From Geosiphon pyriformis uo1 (taxonomy: Eukaryota; Fungi; Glomeromycota), in NCBI GenBank assembly GCA_016748015.1, contig JAAOMT010000515.1:1-64000 (forward strand): a stretch of 64,000 bases of DNA, in the 5' to 3' direction. Positions 11,521 to 23,257 of the stretch are shown here, in pieces. Positions within the stretch are counted from its first letter, which is position 1. The number at the start of each line of letters is the position of its first letter. The notes below the pieces were generated by a model. The model was given only the letters and a program-made list of their open reading frames with translations. It was not told the origin of the DNA and made no database searches. Made by a program: the position numbers and the translations under genes.

Positions 11521-12367
11521 TGTTACAGGTGACTATTTCTGGTGTTGAATTAAATAACAAATCTGTAACTTGGTGCACAAAGTAATTGATGACAATGATA
11601 ATCTGAAGGTATTTTATCTGAAGAGTTTGGTTGAGTTCTTTGTATAATAGACAGAGATTTAATGGTGATAGTTTTATCCATAGCTTTCCGAAACCACAGT
11701 TTCATCAATTTTTTTCTCAGCTTGGTGGCCAGTATTCCTCCTGGTAAGCTATCCTCAATTGAATGTTCTATCCTTATTTCTGGGTCTTTTACCAGTCACA
11801 TTTATCTTGACATCAGTGCCCTGTGCATTAATCCTTAATAGAGTTAGTAAACAACAATAAAATCAAAGCAAGAAAATAAAAAAAAGAAAAGAAAATAAAA
11901 AAAGAAAAAAAATAAGCCAAGGCGATTTGCAAGTTAGTATTCTATTAATAGCCATGATCAAGAGCTATTGTTCTAGTGTGATTAAATATCAATTACTATC
12001 AACATGAAGTGTTGATAGTGGAAATGGATTTGAGATAACAAATAGTTATTTATTAGATAATTGTGATTTAGAGAGTTGCTTAGATTAAATCTAAACTAAG
12101 AGGTCTGTCTTTTCAGCTTCTAATCTTACTGCTATATATACATAATTGAAATTTCTCAATTTCTCAATTCTTCACAACAGGAATCCTGCAATTTTTTTAA
12201 GAGGAATCCTGGAATTCTGGAATCCTGTGATTCCTTGTGAGAATCCTGTAATTCCTAAAATCCTGCAATTCTTGAGAGGAATCCTGGAATTCCACATTTT
12301 ACTACGTCTACTTCTAATTGGCTAACAACTATGCTAATATATATTCCCTATATTTCTATGAGTAATA
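11521..12367 (-). repeat. GyB 5' LTR of B1
   Basis: Direct repeat of 2371-3193; adjacent to PBS and TSD. Confidence 0.92.
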
Positions 12368-12639
12368 CTGTTATGTTTTCCAACAGATACTTATCCATTT
12401 TGCTACCAATTTTTTCTCTTCTGGTAGTTGTTTTCTTTGGTTTGATAACAGTATGAGTTCCACTGTTGTCAGTTATTGTGGTCTGTTTTCCAATAGTCAG
12501 AGTAGCATTTGGATAGTTTTTGATCTAATACTCATGGAGAGTATAGAAAGTGTTTTGAATGTTTTGATCCAGAAAATAATTGTTCATGTTAATTAAAGAT
12601 ACCTCTGTTTTGGAAATGGTGCATTTATCTATACTTGGT

Positions 12640-13930
12640 TTTTGCTGATCATTTGGGTTGGTATTACCACAACTGGTAACCAATCAGGTCATTTGTGATA
12701 TTTCTTGAGTCATGTGCCATGAACAGATTGATCATTAAAGATTGTTCTGAATTGATCTTGAAGAATATAAGAATCATTGTTCAAAACTTTGTTGACTATA
12801 AAGGGACCTTTCCACTGACAAAAAAATTTATTACCATAAATATTGTCTCTGTCTGAACAGTATTCTAATACCAAGTCACCAACACTTAAAGAAAGTGTTT
12901 TATAAGTTTTCTTCTTTTTAAGCTTTTCTTGGAACTGTTTTATCTTTTCAAAAGCAATTATTCATGTTTCTACAAGTAAGTCAAGAATAATACCAAGTTT
13001 CCTTTGCAAAATGTCTTTGTAATTCCCTATTGTGATCTCTTTAAAGAGTATTGTCTCAATATCAGTTTCTATTGGTAGTGTTGCCATTTGTCCATAGAAC
13101 AGATAAAAAAGTTTATAACTTGTTATGTTATGATTCACAGTTCTATAAACAAACAAAGCTGAAGGCAGTACTTTGTTCCATAAGTTTGTTTCTTCACTTG
13201 TTTTGGCTAGGGTTTTACACAGTGTTCTATTAAAACATTTCACTAGGCCATTTGTTTAGAGGTGATAAGGGGAGGAAAGTTTGTAACATATTTCCATTTT
13301 TCTACAAAGTTCTTTAACTAGTGTACTGAGAAAAGCTTTTTTTCTATTAGATAAAAGTTCTCTAAAGCAGCCATGATAGTAGATGATATCTTCATAAATG
13401 AAATTGGCTATTGAAACTGCTGTTTGGTCTGGAGTGGCTTTTGCTTTTACCCATTTTGTAAGATAGTCAGTAGCTGTGATAATGTATCTGTTGCCATCAG
13501 GAGTTACTGTTAATGGTCTAACAATATCTATACCAATTCTGTCAAATGGTTAACCAACAGAGATTGGATAGATATCTTCTTTGTGATTAAGTTTTTTTCT
13601 TCTTTGGCAGGTATCACAGGTTTTGATGTACTCAGCAATGTCTTTTCCCAAGGTAGGCCAATAATAGCGAGCTAAAGTTTTCTGAATTGTTTTTGTTTTT
13701 CCAAAGTGTTCAGTTAATGGATCAGTGTGCATGTTATAGATCACAATTTCTCTTTCTTCAAATCTTATGACTCTCTGAGGGCAGTCAGGATCTTTTTTAT
13801 TTCTTTTGTATAATTGGTTCTGGCAGATCAAATAAAAATTTTATTGTTTGCGCAAATGTTCTCTTTGCTGTTAATTGTATTTTTAAAGGTATTGTTCTTT
13901 ACCCAAAAATTCCATTAAGGCAGAGTAGTT
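12640..13930 (-). pseudogene. GyA integrase (A2)
   Basis: HTDPLTEHFG...CDTC, GIDIV, FVYRT, WKGPFIV. Confidence 0.9.
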
Positions 13931-14029
13931 GTCCAAGTCTATTATCGTGTTTGTTTGTGGGAGAGTTACTAATAATTAGTTTGGTTTGGTTTGAGGTTGT
14001 TGTACTGTTACTTGGTGGTAAGTCTGGAA

Positions 14030-16700
14030 AGAGCGTCAGCATTTTGATGATTAGCTTCTTTGTGATGTTGAATATCATAGTCAAATTCATTCAAGTGGAG
14101 TATCCAGTGAGTTAATTTTTTGTGTTCTAGCTTCTTTTTGTTGCACAGCCAAACCAAAACTTGGTGATCTGTTACTATTAGAAATTTGGCACCAAAAAGA
14201 TATTTGTTCCAATAATTAGTAGCTCATATTACTACCAGGCATTTTTGTTTAGTTACCAAGTAGTTCTGCTCTGCTGGTGAAAGAGTTCTACTGGTATATG
14301 CTATGGCATGTTCTTTGCCATCTTCATCTTTCTGGAATAGAACAGCTCCAAGTCCATAGCCAGATGTATCAGTGTGGAGGATGAAAGATTGATCTAGATC
14401 AGGTTGCTTCAGAATTGGTTCAGTGACTAGTTTTTCCTTTAGAGTTTCAAAAGCTTTTTGTTGGTATGTGCCCCAATGATAGTTGATGTTTTTTCTAAGT
14501 AGCTGATTAAGTGGAACAGCTATTTTAGAGAAATTCTTAATAAATTTGCAATAATAGAAAGCCAAACCAAGGAAAGAGTGTAGTTTATGAACATTCATTG
14601 GTTGTCTAATGTTCTGGACTTTTTCAACCTTAGCTGGGTCAGAAAAAATTCCATCTTTTATGATAAGATGACCAAAAAATTGGGTGCATTGTCTTCCAAA
14701 GAAAGATTTGATCAAGTTGATTTTGAGACCTGCATTTCTGAGAAGATCAAAAACCTTTTGCAAATATACAAGGTGTTCATCCCAGGTTTTTGAGTACACT
14801 ATTATATCGTCCAGATAGACCAAAACAAAGTTTTCTTTCACTAATTCAAATACTTTGTCCATTAAGCATTGAAAGGTGGGAGGGACATTGGTGAGACCAA
14901 AAGGCATGACTGTGAATTCATAGATGCCATACTTGGTGATGAAGGTGGTTTTCTTCCAGCTTTCTGGATCCATTTCTACTTGCCAGAATCCAGCAGTTAG
15001 ATTAATGGTTGAAAAGAAAGCAGCATCTTTGAATTGGTCTAGCATTGCATCAATCTTGGAAAGTAGGTACATGTCTCTTTCAGTGATAGCATTTAATTGG
15101 CAGTAGTCAATACAGAAGTGTAGGATTCCACCTTTCTTGGATACCACTACAACTGGAAAAGCCCATTTACTCTTGGTTTCTTGTATGAATCCAAGTTCTT
15201 TCATCCAGTTTATCTTTTTCTTGATGAACTCATCATTGTGCCGATTGGATTGATATAGCTTTAAATGGATAAGGCAAGTTTCTCTAGTGGTGATGGTGTG
15301 TTGTATTACATGGGTTTGTCCAGGGATATCACCTTCTTTTGAGATAACTGGGCTATTTCTAGCCAGCAGATTTTTAATGTTTATTTTTTTTTCTTTTGGA
15401 GAAAGTTCTCTTTGTTCTACAACTAGTGATTGGATCTCAGATGGTTCATTTTCAAAGGACTTTTGGACTTCTTTCAATTCTTCTTTAGGTATTAAACTGA
15501 TTGGTTCCCAATCTTTGTAATAGATCAGGCATGATTTGCATTCATCATTTGGAGAATACAAGGGTTGGTTGCACCAGCACCAAGCACAAGAACCATGCCA
15601 CCAATAATGGTACTTGGCTTTCTTGCCAGGTTTTTGGTCAAAGGTTCTTCTAAGAATATCATAATAGGACCAGCAGATCAGCTTGCCATTCACACTGATT
15701 CTTTTTTTGTCAGCTTTGACATTGTTCAGTGGCTTGCCATTGCTGGTGAAGGTAGTGTATGTAAGTTTAGCGGTTTCTTCTTGTTTCTCTTGTTCTTCTT
15801 CTTTATTACTCTTTTTATCATCTGATTCATCTGACTGTTCTTCTTCTTGATCCTGTTTGGTTGCTGGAGGAGTTGTCCAATAGTGATATTTAACCACAAT
15901 GGGTTTTTCACCACATCTTATAATTAGCTCACAAAGTTCATAGTCGAGTAAGGCTTTTGCTTTCTTAAGCCACTTATTGCCAACAATGATGGTGTATTCT
16001 TTAGCTTTAGAAACTTTTATGTCAGTTTCAATACTAATGCTATTAATGCGGACAGGAATAGCTTTGACAATGCCCAGATCTTTCTTCTTGTCACCATATA
16101 TGTTGGTCATTGGTTGAGTGGAAGGCTTATCAATTTTTCTGTCAATTGCTTTAAGAAAGTATTTGGCAATTACACTAACAGATGATCCACTGTCTAGGAT
16201 TAAGTCAATAAAGTAACCAGCCACTTGTGCTTTGCAAATTAGAGAAATGATATTGCTGTTGTTAGCAAGTCCAGCTTGGCAAGAGTGTTTATTGGTCTTT
16301 GGTGTTTTCTTCTTGGAGATTAGAGATTTGTGGAGATCTTTTCTGAACTGTGGATGGGTCATTAACTGGCCAAAGGTAATGTGTGCTGGGGTTTCCATGA
16401 GATCTTTGACAACAGAATAGGGTCCAGATTTTTGTACAATTTCTAGGGGTTTCAACTTTGGAGAGTTCTTAAAAACTTTGGCTTTTGGTGGCTCATTGTT
16501 ATTAGCAGTAGAAGTTGAGGCTTTGTTGGGATCTAGAACGAAATCAACCTTGGCTTTCTTCTTTTTTCTGGTTGATTCAGAAGTGTTGATTGTTAATTCA
16601 TCCATGTCATGGTCATTATTAGTTAAGTTAAAAGCAAAAAAGAGGTTTTCTTCTGGTTGGCTTGCACTCTCACCCTTTGGAGATGTGCCTACCAGTTTAA
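14030..16700 (-). pseudogene. GyA pol: protease, acidic/Cys-rich insert, RT, RNase H (A2)
   Basis: 793-aa ORF with LILDSGSSVS (PR), WAFPVVVV, VMPFGLTN, VYLDD (RT) and LHTDTSGYGLGAVL (RH). Confidence 0.93.
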
Positions 16701-18242
16701 AGGCTGATAGACTGTGGCTTCAATTAGAGGATCCTCTTCAAAGAAATTGATGTTGGCATGGTTGAGTCTTTGATTGGGAGCATTATTGTTGATGGGTCTA
16801 TTGTTTTGATTGTTATTATTTCTGGGGACTGGAGGAGGTAAAGGAGGATTGTTGCAATCTCTTGAGAAATGTCCAGTTAATCTACATCTATAACATACAG
16901 GAGGACCACGATTTTGCTGTCTTTGATAAAGAGGTTGCTGGGGCTGATTAAAACATGATTCATATTTGGATCTTTGTAGTTGTTGGTTATTTCTAACTGC
17001 TTGTGTCAAAGATTCTAATAACCGGACAAGATTGGCTGTGAGTTTATCAATTAATTGTTCATTTGGATCTTGAGTTTGGGCAGCATAAGAGGCAGCAGCT
17101 ATTTGAGAGGCAGGAGCCATGACAGGAGCAGGAGCAAAAACTGGAAGTGTAGATCCCAAATGTATTCTTTGGTTGTCTTCAATTTGTTGGGCAAGTTCAA
17201 TGGCCATGTCCATTGTAGAATTGTCTTTCAGGGCCAAGAGAGGCCAAAGAGCATAAGATAAATCGGTTCTCAATCTTTTTGTGAAAGAATGAATCTTTTG
17301 CTCTTCTGTCTAATTTCTTCTAGAGTCTACACACTTGATTAACTTTCTGATTGCTTTAGCATATTCAGTTACAATTTTACCAGAGCCTTGAGTTCTTCTT
17401 TCTAATTCCATGTGCCACTTGGATATCAAGATTGGAGTTTTGAACTTGTTTTCAAACCGGGTTGTGAAAAAGGTGTTGTTTTCTCTGGCATTTGCTGGCA
17501 TCCATCTAATGATTCTTTGATGGACATTAGCATCAGTTTCCTGTGAGAACCATGTAGCAGAAGAGCTTTGGAGGTAGCCACCAACAATTTGAAACTTGTA
17601 TTCTTCATCATACTGGTTGGCTGTGGCAACTTTCTCAAAATCATTTAACCATTCAATTGGATCTTGTGCATCACCTCTAAATAGTGATAGTGAGGTATTG
17701 TTTCTTCTTCCTAGAGCAGTTTGTATACCTTGAAGGACAGCCAGAATGTTTGCTTGCATGGGATCATTAGCCATTGGTTCAGGGGTAACTGTTTGTGTAG
17801 ATGAGTCTGATTCACTTGATAAAAAGTCAAAAACAGGGGCAGTTTGGTAGCTTTTTTCTTCTGTTTCAAAGGGAGTTTCAATTGCTTAATAGGCAGCAAT
17901 CTAAATGTGGATTTGATGATTCAGATATTCGAAATCAGGGGGCTGTTGTTCAAAAGTTGCAGAATATAAGAGCTGATTAATACTGTTGTTTCTTTCTTCA
18001 AAGTTGTTTTCAAAATAAGCTTGGTCAAAATAATAGATTGTATAAGCTGTGTAGGTTTCAGCTAAATGCTCATTCAGGAACCAGTTCCAAAAGTCTTGGA
18101 ATTGTCTGCTGCATTGTTCTTCAATGGGAAAGCAAATCAAGCAGGAGGGCAAAGGATTAAGTTCAATAAAGTCTAGATTGTTTTTGTTGTGTGCTTTAAA
18201 GTGTTCTTCTGATTGTTGTGGCAGGTATGAATAATCACCCAT
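16689..18242 (-). pseudogene. GyA gag (A2)
   Basis: ORFs 17901-18242, 17310-17774 and 16689-17273; QDPIEWL, VTEYAKAI, CCHC CYRCRLTGHFSRDC. Confidence 0.88.
16695..16701 (-). promoter_or_regulatory. Probable -1 ribosomal frameshift heptamer T TTA AAC (GyA gag-pol)
   Basis: In gag phase (CCT TTA AAC TGG TAG); the -1 frame continues LVGTSPKGESASQ into pol. Retained at 32083-32089 (-) and 35625-35631 (+). Confidence 0.75.
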
Positions 18243-18294
18243 ACAATAGGAAACAAAGTGGATTTTGACAACCTTACAGAGAGCACCACTTTTA

Positions 18295-18928
18295 TGTTAC
18301 AGGTTGGAGTAACAAGCTAACGGATAGCAAGGGAGAACAAGATTGTAGGGTGATGGAAATAATCAAAGAGGAATTCAACTTTAAAGAGTAAATTAAATGA
18401 GTATGGATTCAATATGCGAGACCAGTCTCATAAAATATCTCAGTCGCTATTCTTTTCAAAAGGTAACAAGAGAATCTGAAGGTAGAGGAATAATCTGTAC
18501 TGTCAACAATTGATAACTGCTGGTATAATTCTATGCCTCATGTCAGCACTCTTAGAATTCAATATCAGGTATCAACTTGTGCTCTTTAGTCATGTTTATT
18601 CAAATAATCTTCAAATACTGTAATTACACGTTTCAGAAAAGTGCCAACAAGTAATCTTTTATTCAAAAGATGTTCAAATACTTGAAGGTAGGGAAAAAGA
18701 AATTAGCAATAAGAGAATGTTTGAGATGAAAGTTGTTTTATTATATTTCTTTGATTGTTGGGAACATACTTTTCTACAGCTAAAAGACTTATTGGTCAAT
18801 AATCAGGTCAACGGTTAGGTTATTGATCAGGTCGATGATTACTATCTAAAAATAGGTTGGTTAATTATATAATATCAGTGGCTAATACATGTAATAACTA
18901 ATAAAAACTATGAGTTTCAACCATAACA
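18295..18928 (-). repeat. Internal (third) GyA LTR, lacking the TATA segment
   Basis: TGTTACAGG...CCATAACA. Adjacent to PBS 18270-18288; abuts gag sequence ATAG at 18929. Confidence 0.9.
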
Positions 18929-19190
18929 ATAGATTGTATAAGCTGTGTAGGTTTCAGCTGAATGTTCGTTCAGGAACCAGTTCCAAAAGTCTTGAAATTG
19001 TCTGCTGGATTGTTCTTCAATGGGAAAGCAAATTAAGCAGGAAGGCAAAGGATTGAGTTTAATAAAGTCTAGATTATTTTTGTTGTATGTTTTAAAGTGT
19101 TCTTCTGATTGTTGTGACAGATATGAATAATTACCCATATAATAAGAAACAAAGTGGATTTTGACAACCTTACAGAAAGCACCACTTTTA
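18929..19190 (-). pseudogene. Second copy of the GyA PBS and gag start (outer element)
   Basis: ORF 18917-19138 duplicates the first 70 aa of 17901-18242. Confidence 0.85.
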
Positions 19191-19904
19191 TGTTATGGGT
19201 TGAAATAACAAGCTAATGGATAGCAAGGGAGAACAGAATTGTAGGGTGATGGAAATAATCAAAGGGGAATTCAACTTTAAAGAGCAAATTGAATGAGTAT
19301 GGATTCAATGTGCAAGATCAGTCTCATAAAATATCTCAGTCGCTATTTTTTTTAAAGGTAACTGGGGAATCTAAAGGTAGAGGGATAGTCTGTACTGTTA
19401 ACAATTAATCACCACTGGTATAATTCTATGCCTTACATTGGTGCTCTTAGAATTCAATATCAGATATCAACTTGTGCTTTTCAGTCATGTTTATTCAAAT
19501 AATCTTCAAATGCTATAATTATATACGTTAGGAAAAGGCCAACAAGTAATCTTTTATTTTTAAGATGTTCAGATACTTGAAGGTAGGGAAAGAAAAATTA
19601 GCGATAAGAGAATGTTTGAGATGAAAGTTGTTTTATTATATTTCTTTGATTGTTGGGAACATACTTTTTTACAACTAAGAGACTCATTGCTTATATAGCT
19701 ATGAAAAGTGGTCAACAACCAGATCAATGATTAGGTTAATAATCAGGTCAATGATCAGATCATTGATCAGGTCAATGATCAAGTCAATGGTCAGGTCATT
19801 GATCAAGTCAATGATTACTATCTAAAAATAGGTTGGCTAATTATATGACATTAGTGGCTAATACATGTAATAACTAATAAAAACTATGAGTTTCAACTAT
19901 AACA
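19191..19904 (-). repeat. GyA 5' LTR of A2
   Basis: TGTTATGGG...CTATAACA; shares diagnostic variants with 1259-1960. Confidence 0.9.
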
Positions 19905-21022
19905 CTACCAATAGAAACTGATATTGAGACAATATCTTTTGAAGAGATCACAATAGCAAATTACAAAGACATTTTGCAAAGAAGACTTGGTATCATTCTT
20001 GACTCATTGGTAGAAGCACAAATAGTTGCTTTTAAAAAGATAAAACAGTTTCAAGAAAAGCTTAAAAAGAAGAAAACCTATAAAACACTTTTTTTAAGTG
20101 TTGGTGACTTGGTATTAGAATATTATTCAGACAGAGACAATGTCTATAGTAATAAATTCTCTAGCCAGTGGAAAGAATCCTTTATAGTCAACAAAGTTTT
20201 GAACAATGGTTCTTATATTTTTTAAGATCAATCTGAAACAATCTTTAATAATCAACCTGTTCACAGCACATAACTCAAAAAATATCACAAACGACCTGAT
20301 TGGTTGCCTGTTGTGATAATACTGACTCAAATGATCAACAAAAATCAAGTATAAATAAATGCACTATTCCCAAAACAGAGATATCTTCAAATCGACATAA
20401 ACAATTATTTTCTAGATCAAAACATTCAAAATCCCTTCTATATTCTCCATGAGTATTGGATTAAAAACAGACCACAATAATTGATAGCAGTGGAATACAT
20501 ACTGTTATTAGACCAAAGAAAACAACTACTAGAAGAGAAAAAATTGATAGCAAAATGGATAAATATCTGCTAGAAAGTATAACAGCAGTGATATTCGTAC
20601 CTTCCACCATACTTGGAAAAACAATTAAAGAAATTTTACCCATAGACAAAAACTTGTTATATGGAAGACAACTAAAGCTCTATGGTTGCCTTGGTAAAAT
20701 CATAAATGACATAAAGTTCATGAAGAAAACAACTTCAGAGATACAGGCAGAAATTTTGGGCATTATATGATTAGATGTTCTAAGAGTTTTAATCATTGCT
20801 AGAAGAGCCAAAAATCTAATACAAAGATTTGGTCTCTTGGATACAAAACTCATTTTGCCTCAAGTATTATACACCCTATCTACAAAAGACTTCAATAAAT
20901 TAGTTAGCTTTGAGTTAGATAAAACTCTTTAAATAGATTACACTATAAATAGCTTGATTTCACCAGAGCTCAATCTCTTTGGAGAGAATGATGTTATGGT
21001 TAAGATCTATACTTCTTATTAA
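19905..21022 (+). pseudogene. GyA A1 integrase C-terminus and ORF3
   Basis: ORFs 19974-20225 and 20555-20770; ORF3 about 20397-21022. Confidence 0.8.
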
Positions 21023-21644
21023 TTATCACATGTATTAGCCACTGATGTCATATAATTAGCCACACTATTTTTAGAAAGTGATCATTGACCTGATTATTAA
21101 CCTGATCATTGATTATTTTTGATAGCTATATAAGCAATAAATCTCTTAGCTGTAGAAAAGCATGTAATAACAAGCATCTAAATAATCAAAAATAAATAAA
21201 ATAACAACTTTCATCTCAATTCTTCTCTTATCACTAATTTCTCTTTCTCTACCTTCAAGTATTTGAACATCTTAAAGATAAAAAATTACTTGTTGGTCTT
21301 TTCCTGACGTATATAATTGTAGCATTTGAAGATTATTTGAATAAATGTGACTGAAAAGCACAAGTTGATACCTGATATTGAATTCTAAGAGTGCCAACAT
21401 GAGGCATAGAATTATACCAGTGGTGATCAATTGTTGACAGTACAGACTATCTCTCTACCTTCAGATTCTCCAGTTACCTTTGAAAAGAATAGCAACTGAG
21501 ATATTTTATGAGATTGATCTTGCACATTGAATCCATACTCATTCAATTTACTCTTTAAAGTTGAAATTCCCTTTGATTATTTCTATCACCCTACAATCCT
21601 GTTCTTTCTTGCTATCCATTAGCTTGTTACTCCAATTCATAACA
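20992..21644 (+). repeat. GyA 3' LTR of A1
   Basis: TGTTATGG...CATAACA after the PPT; TATATAAG near 21128. Confidence 0.9.
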
Positions 21645-22536
21645 GTAACTAATAAAATTTTAATATAAAAAGATCTCTTTGTTATTGAAGTAGTTAGACA
21701 AAACATTTTGGTGACATTTTTTTTAAAAAATATTAGTAAAAAGCTGTCTTTAATGGCTTCTGTTTCATTTTTTTATCTTTGGCTGGTAGTTCTTCTCCAG
21801 TCAAAGTTTTTTCTAAAAGACACACTCAGGTTAGTCTTAGTATTGTCTTTACTACTTCTAAGAGCCCAAAAATTTTTAATAACAAACCAATCAACAAGTT
21901 GGTCTTTCTTACTTTTATCATTTCTACTACTACTACTAGCCAAAATTCCAAAAAACAGCAGCTGGCACTCACAACTGTTATGGTTACACTGAACCTCTTT
22001 GTAGTTCCAAATAAAATTTTGGATAAGATTTTCACAGCAGCAGCCAGCCTTCTTCCTAATATGAATGGCAACAGCAGTAGAACATCTTCCAAAATGGGCC
22101 AGAATTAACCATTGGCTGTGTTGTTAGATGTGGTAATCTTCAATAGATTGTCACCAATTCTGGAAGCAAAACAGTTTATCAATTCAAATGATCTCAAAAA
22201 TTGGGCTGATCAGATGGAAATGGAATTAACTGCTCTTCTTTCAGTTTCTGGTATTGCTAATAGTGGTGCTTAAAAGAATGTGAATGGTTATCAAAAATTC
22301 TCTGGTTGGGTGGCCTCCAATCTAGTATCTGATGCTACATTTAAGATCAAAATGACTCTGCTTAGTTCTTTGTTTTAGTTGCTGCCAGGCTGTATTGGGC
22401 TTAAGTCTGTTTTAAGAAATGTTATTAAGTTGTTCTGTGTGAAATTTGCATCTCAAAAATGTCTAAATAATCCCATTAAAGTGGTCATTGGTGATGAGGT
22501 TTTCTTTACCACTCTTAAGATTACAAGATCTTCTGA
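21645..22536 (+). pseudogene. HAL1-like ORF1 fragment (5' half), host of GyA A1
   Basis: Homologous to the reverse complement of 30530-31435 (KHTWVSPS, WADQMEME, FCVEFAS motifs). Confidence 0.8.
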
Positions 22537-23238
22537 TAAAATTGTTATGATTAAAACCTATACTTCTTATTAATTATCACATATATTAGCTACTGATATC
22601 ATATAATTAGCCATTCTATTTTTAGATAGTAATCATTGACCTGATCAATAATCTGACTGTTGACCTAATCATTGACCTAATTATTGACCTGATTATTGAC
22701 CACTTTTCATAGCTATATAAGTAATGAATCTTTTAGCTGTAGAAAAGCATATAAAAATCAAAGAAAGAAAATAAATAAAATAACAACTTTCATCTCAATT
22801 ATTCTCTTATCACTAATTTCTTTTTCCCTATCTTCAAGTATCTGAACATTTTGAGATAAAAAATTACTTGTTGGTTATTTCCTACTTTTTTCCTGAAATG
22901 TGTAATTGTAGTATTTGAAAATTATTGAATAAAACATGACTGAAGAATACATTTAATACCTAATATTGAATTCTAAGAGTGCCAACATAAGGCATAGAAT
23001 TATACTAGGTGTGATCATTTGTTGACAGTATGAACTATTCCTCTACCTTCAGATTCTTCAGTTGTTTTTTGAAAAGTATAGTAACTGAAATATTTTATAA
23101 GACTGATTTTGTACATTGAATCCATACTCATTCAATTTGCTCTTTGAAGTTGAATTCCCTTTGATTTTTTTTATCACCCTACAATTCTGTTCTTCCTTGC
23201 TATCCATTAGCTTATTACTTCATTCTGTAACATAAAAG

Positions 23239-23257
23239 TGGTGCTCTCTGTGAGGTT
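23239..23257 (+). promoter_or_regulatory. Primer-binding site of GyA (elongator tRNA-Met-like)
   Basis: Complement AACCTCAC-AGAGAGC-A-CCA; same site at 18270, 19166 and 33611. Confidence 0.8.

Larger units (their letters stand above)
2371..12367 (-). mobile_element. GyB copy B1: complete ~10 kb dUTPase-encoding Ty3/Gypsy element
   Basis: LTRs 2371-3193 and 11521-12367; TSD CTGT (2367-2370, 12368-12371); PBS 11502-11518; PPT 3194-3208. Order: Gag-PR-Cys-rich-dUTPase-RT-RH-IN-ORF3. Confidence 0.92.
1259..19904 (-). mobile_element. GyA copy A2: full-length, three-LTR chimera, containing GyB B1
   Basis: LTRs 1259-1960, 18295-18928 and 19191-19904; PBS 18270-18288 and 19166-19184; PPT 1961-1971; gag-pol-IN-ORF3 between; flanked by TSD CTAT/CTAC. 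Confidence 0.9.
417..21644 (+). mobile_element. GyA copy A1 (3' part: integrase, ORF3, 3' LTR), interrupted by 1259-19904
   Basis: Integrase sequence ...CAACACTAT stops at 1258 and resumes CTACCAATAG at 19905 (4-bp TSD CTAT/CTAC). PPT GGAGAGAATGA 20981-20991; LTR 20992-21644. Confidence 0.85.
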
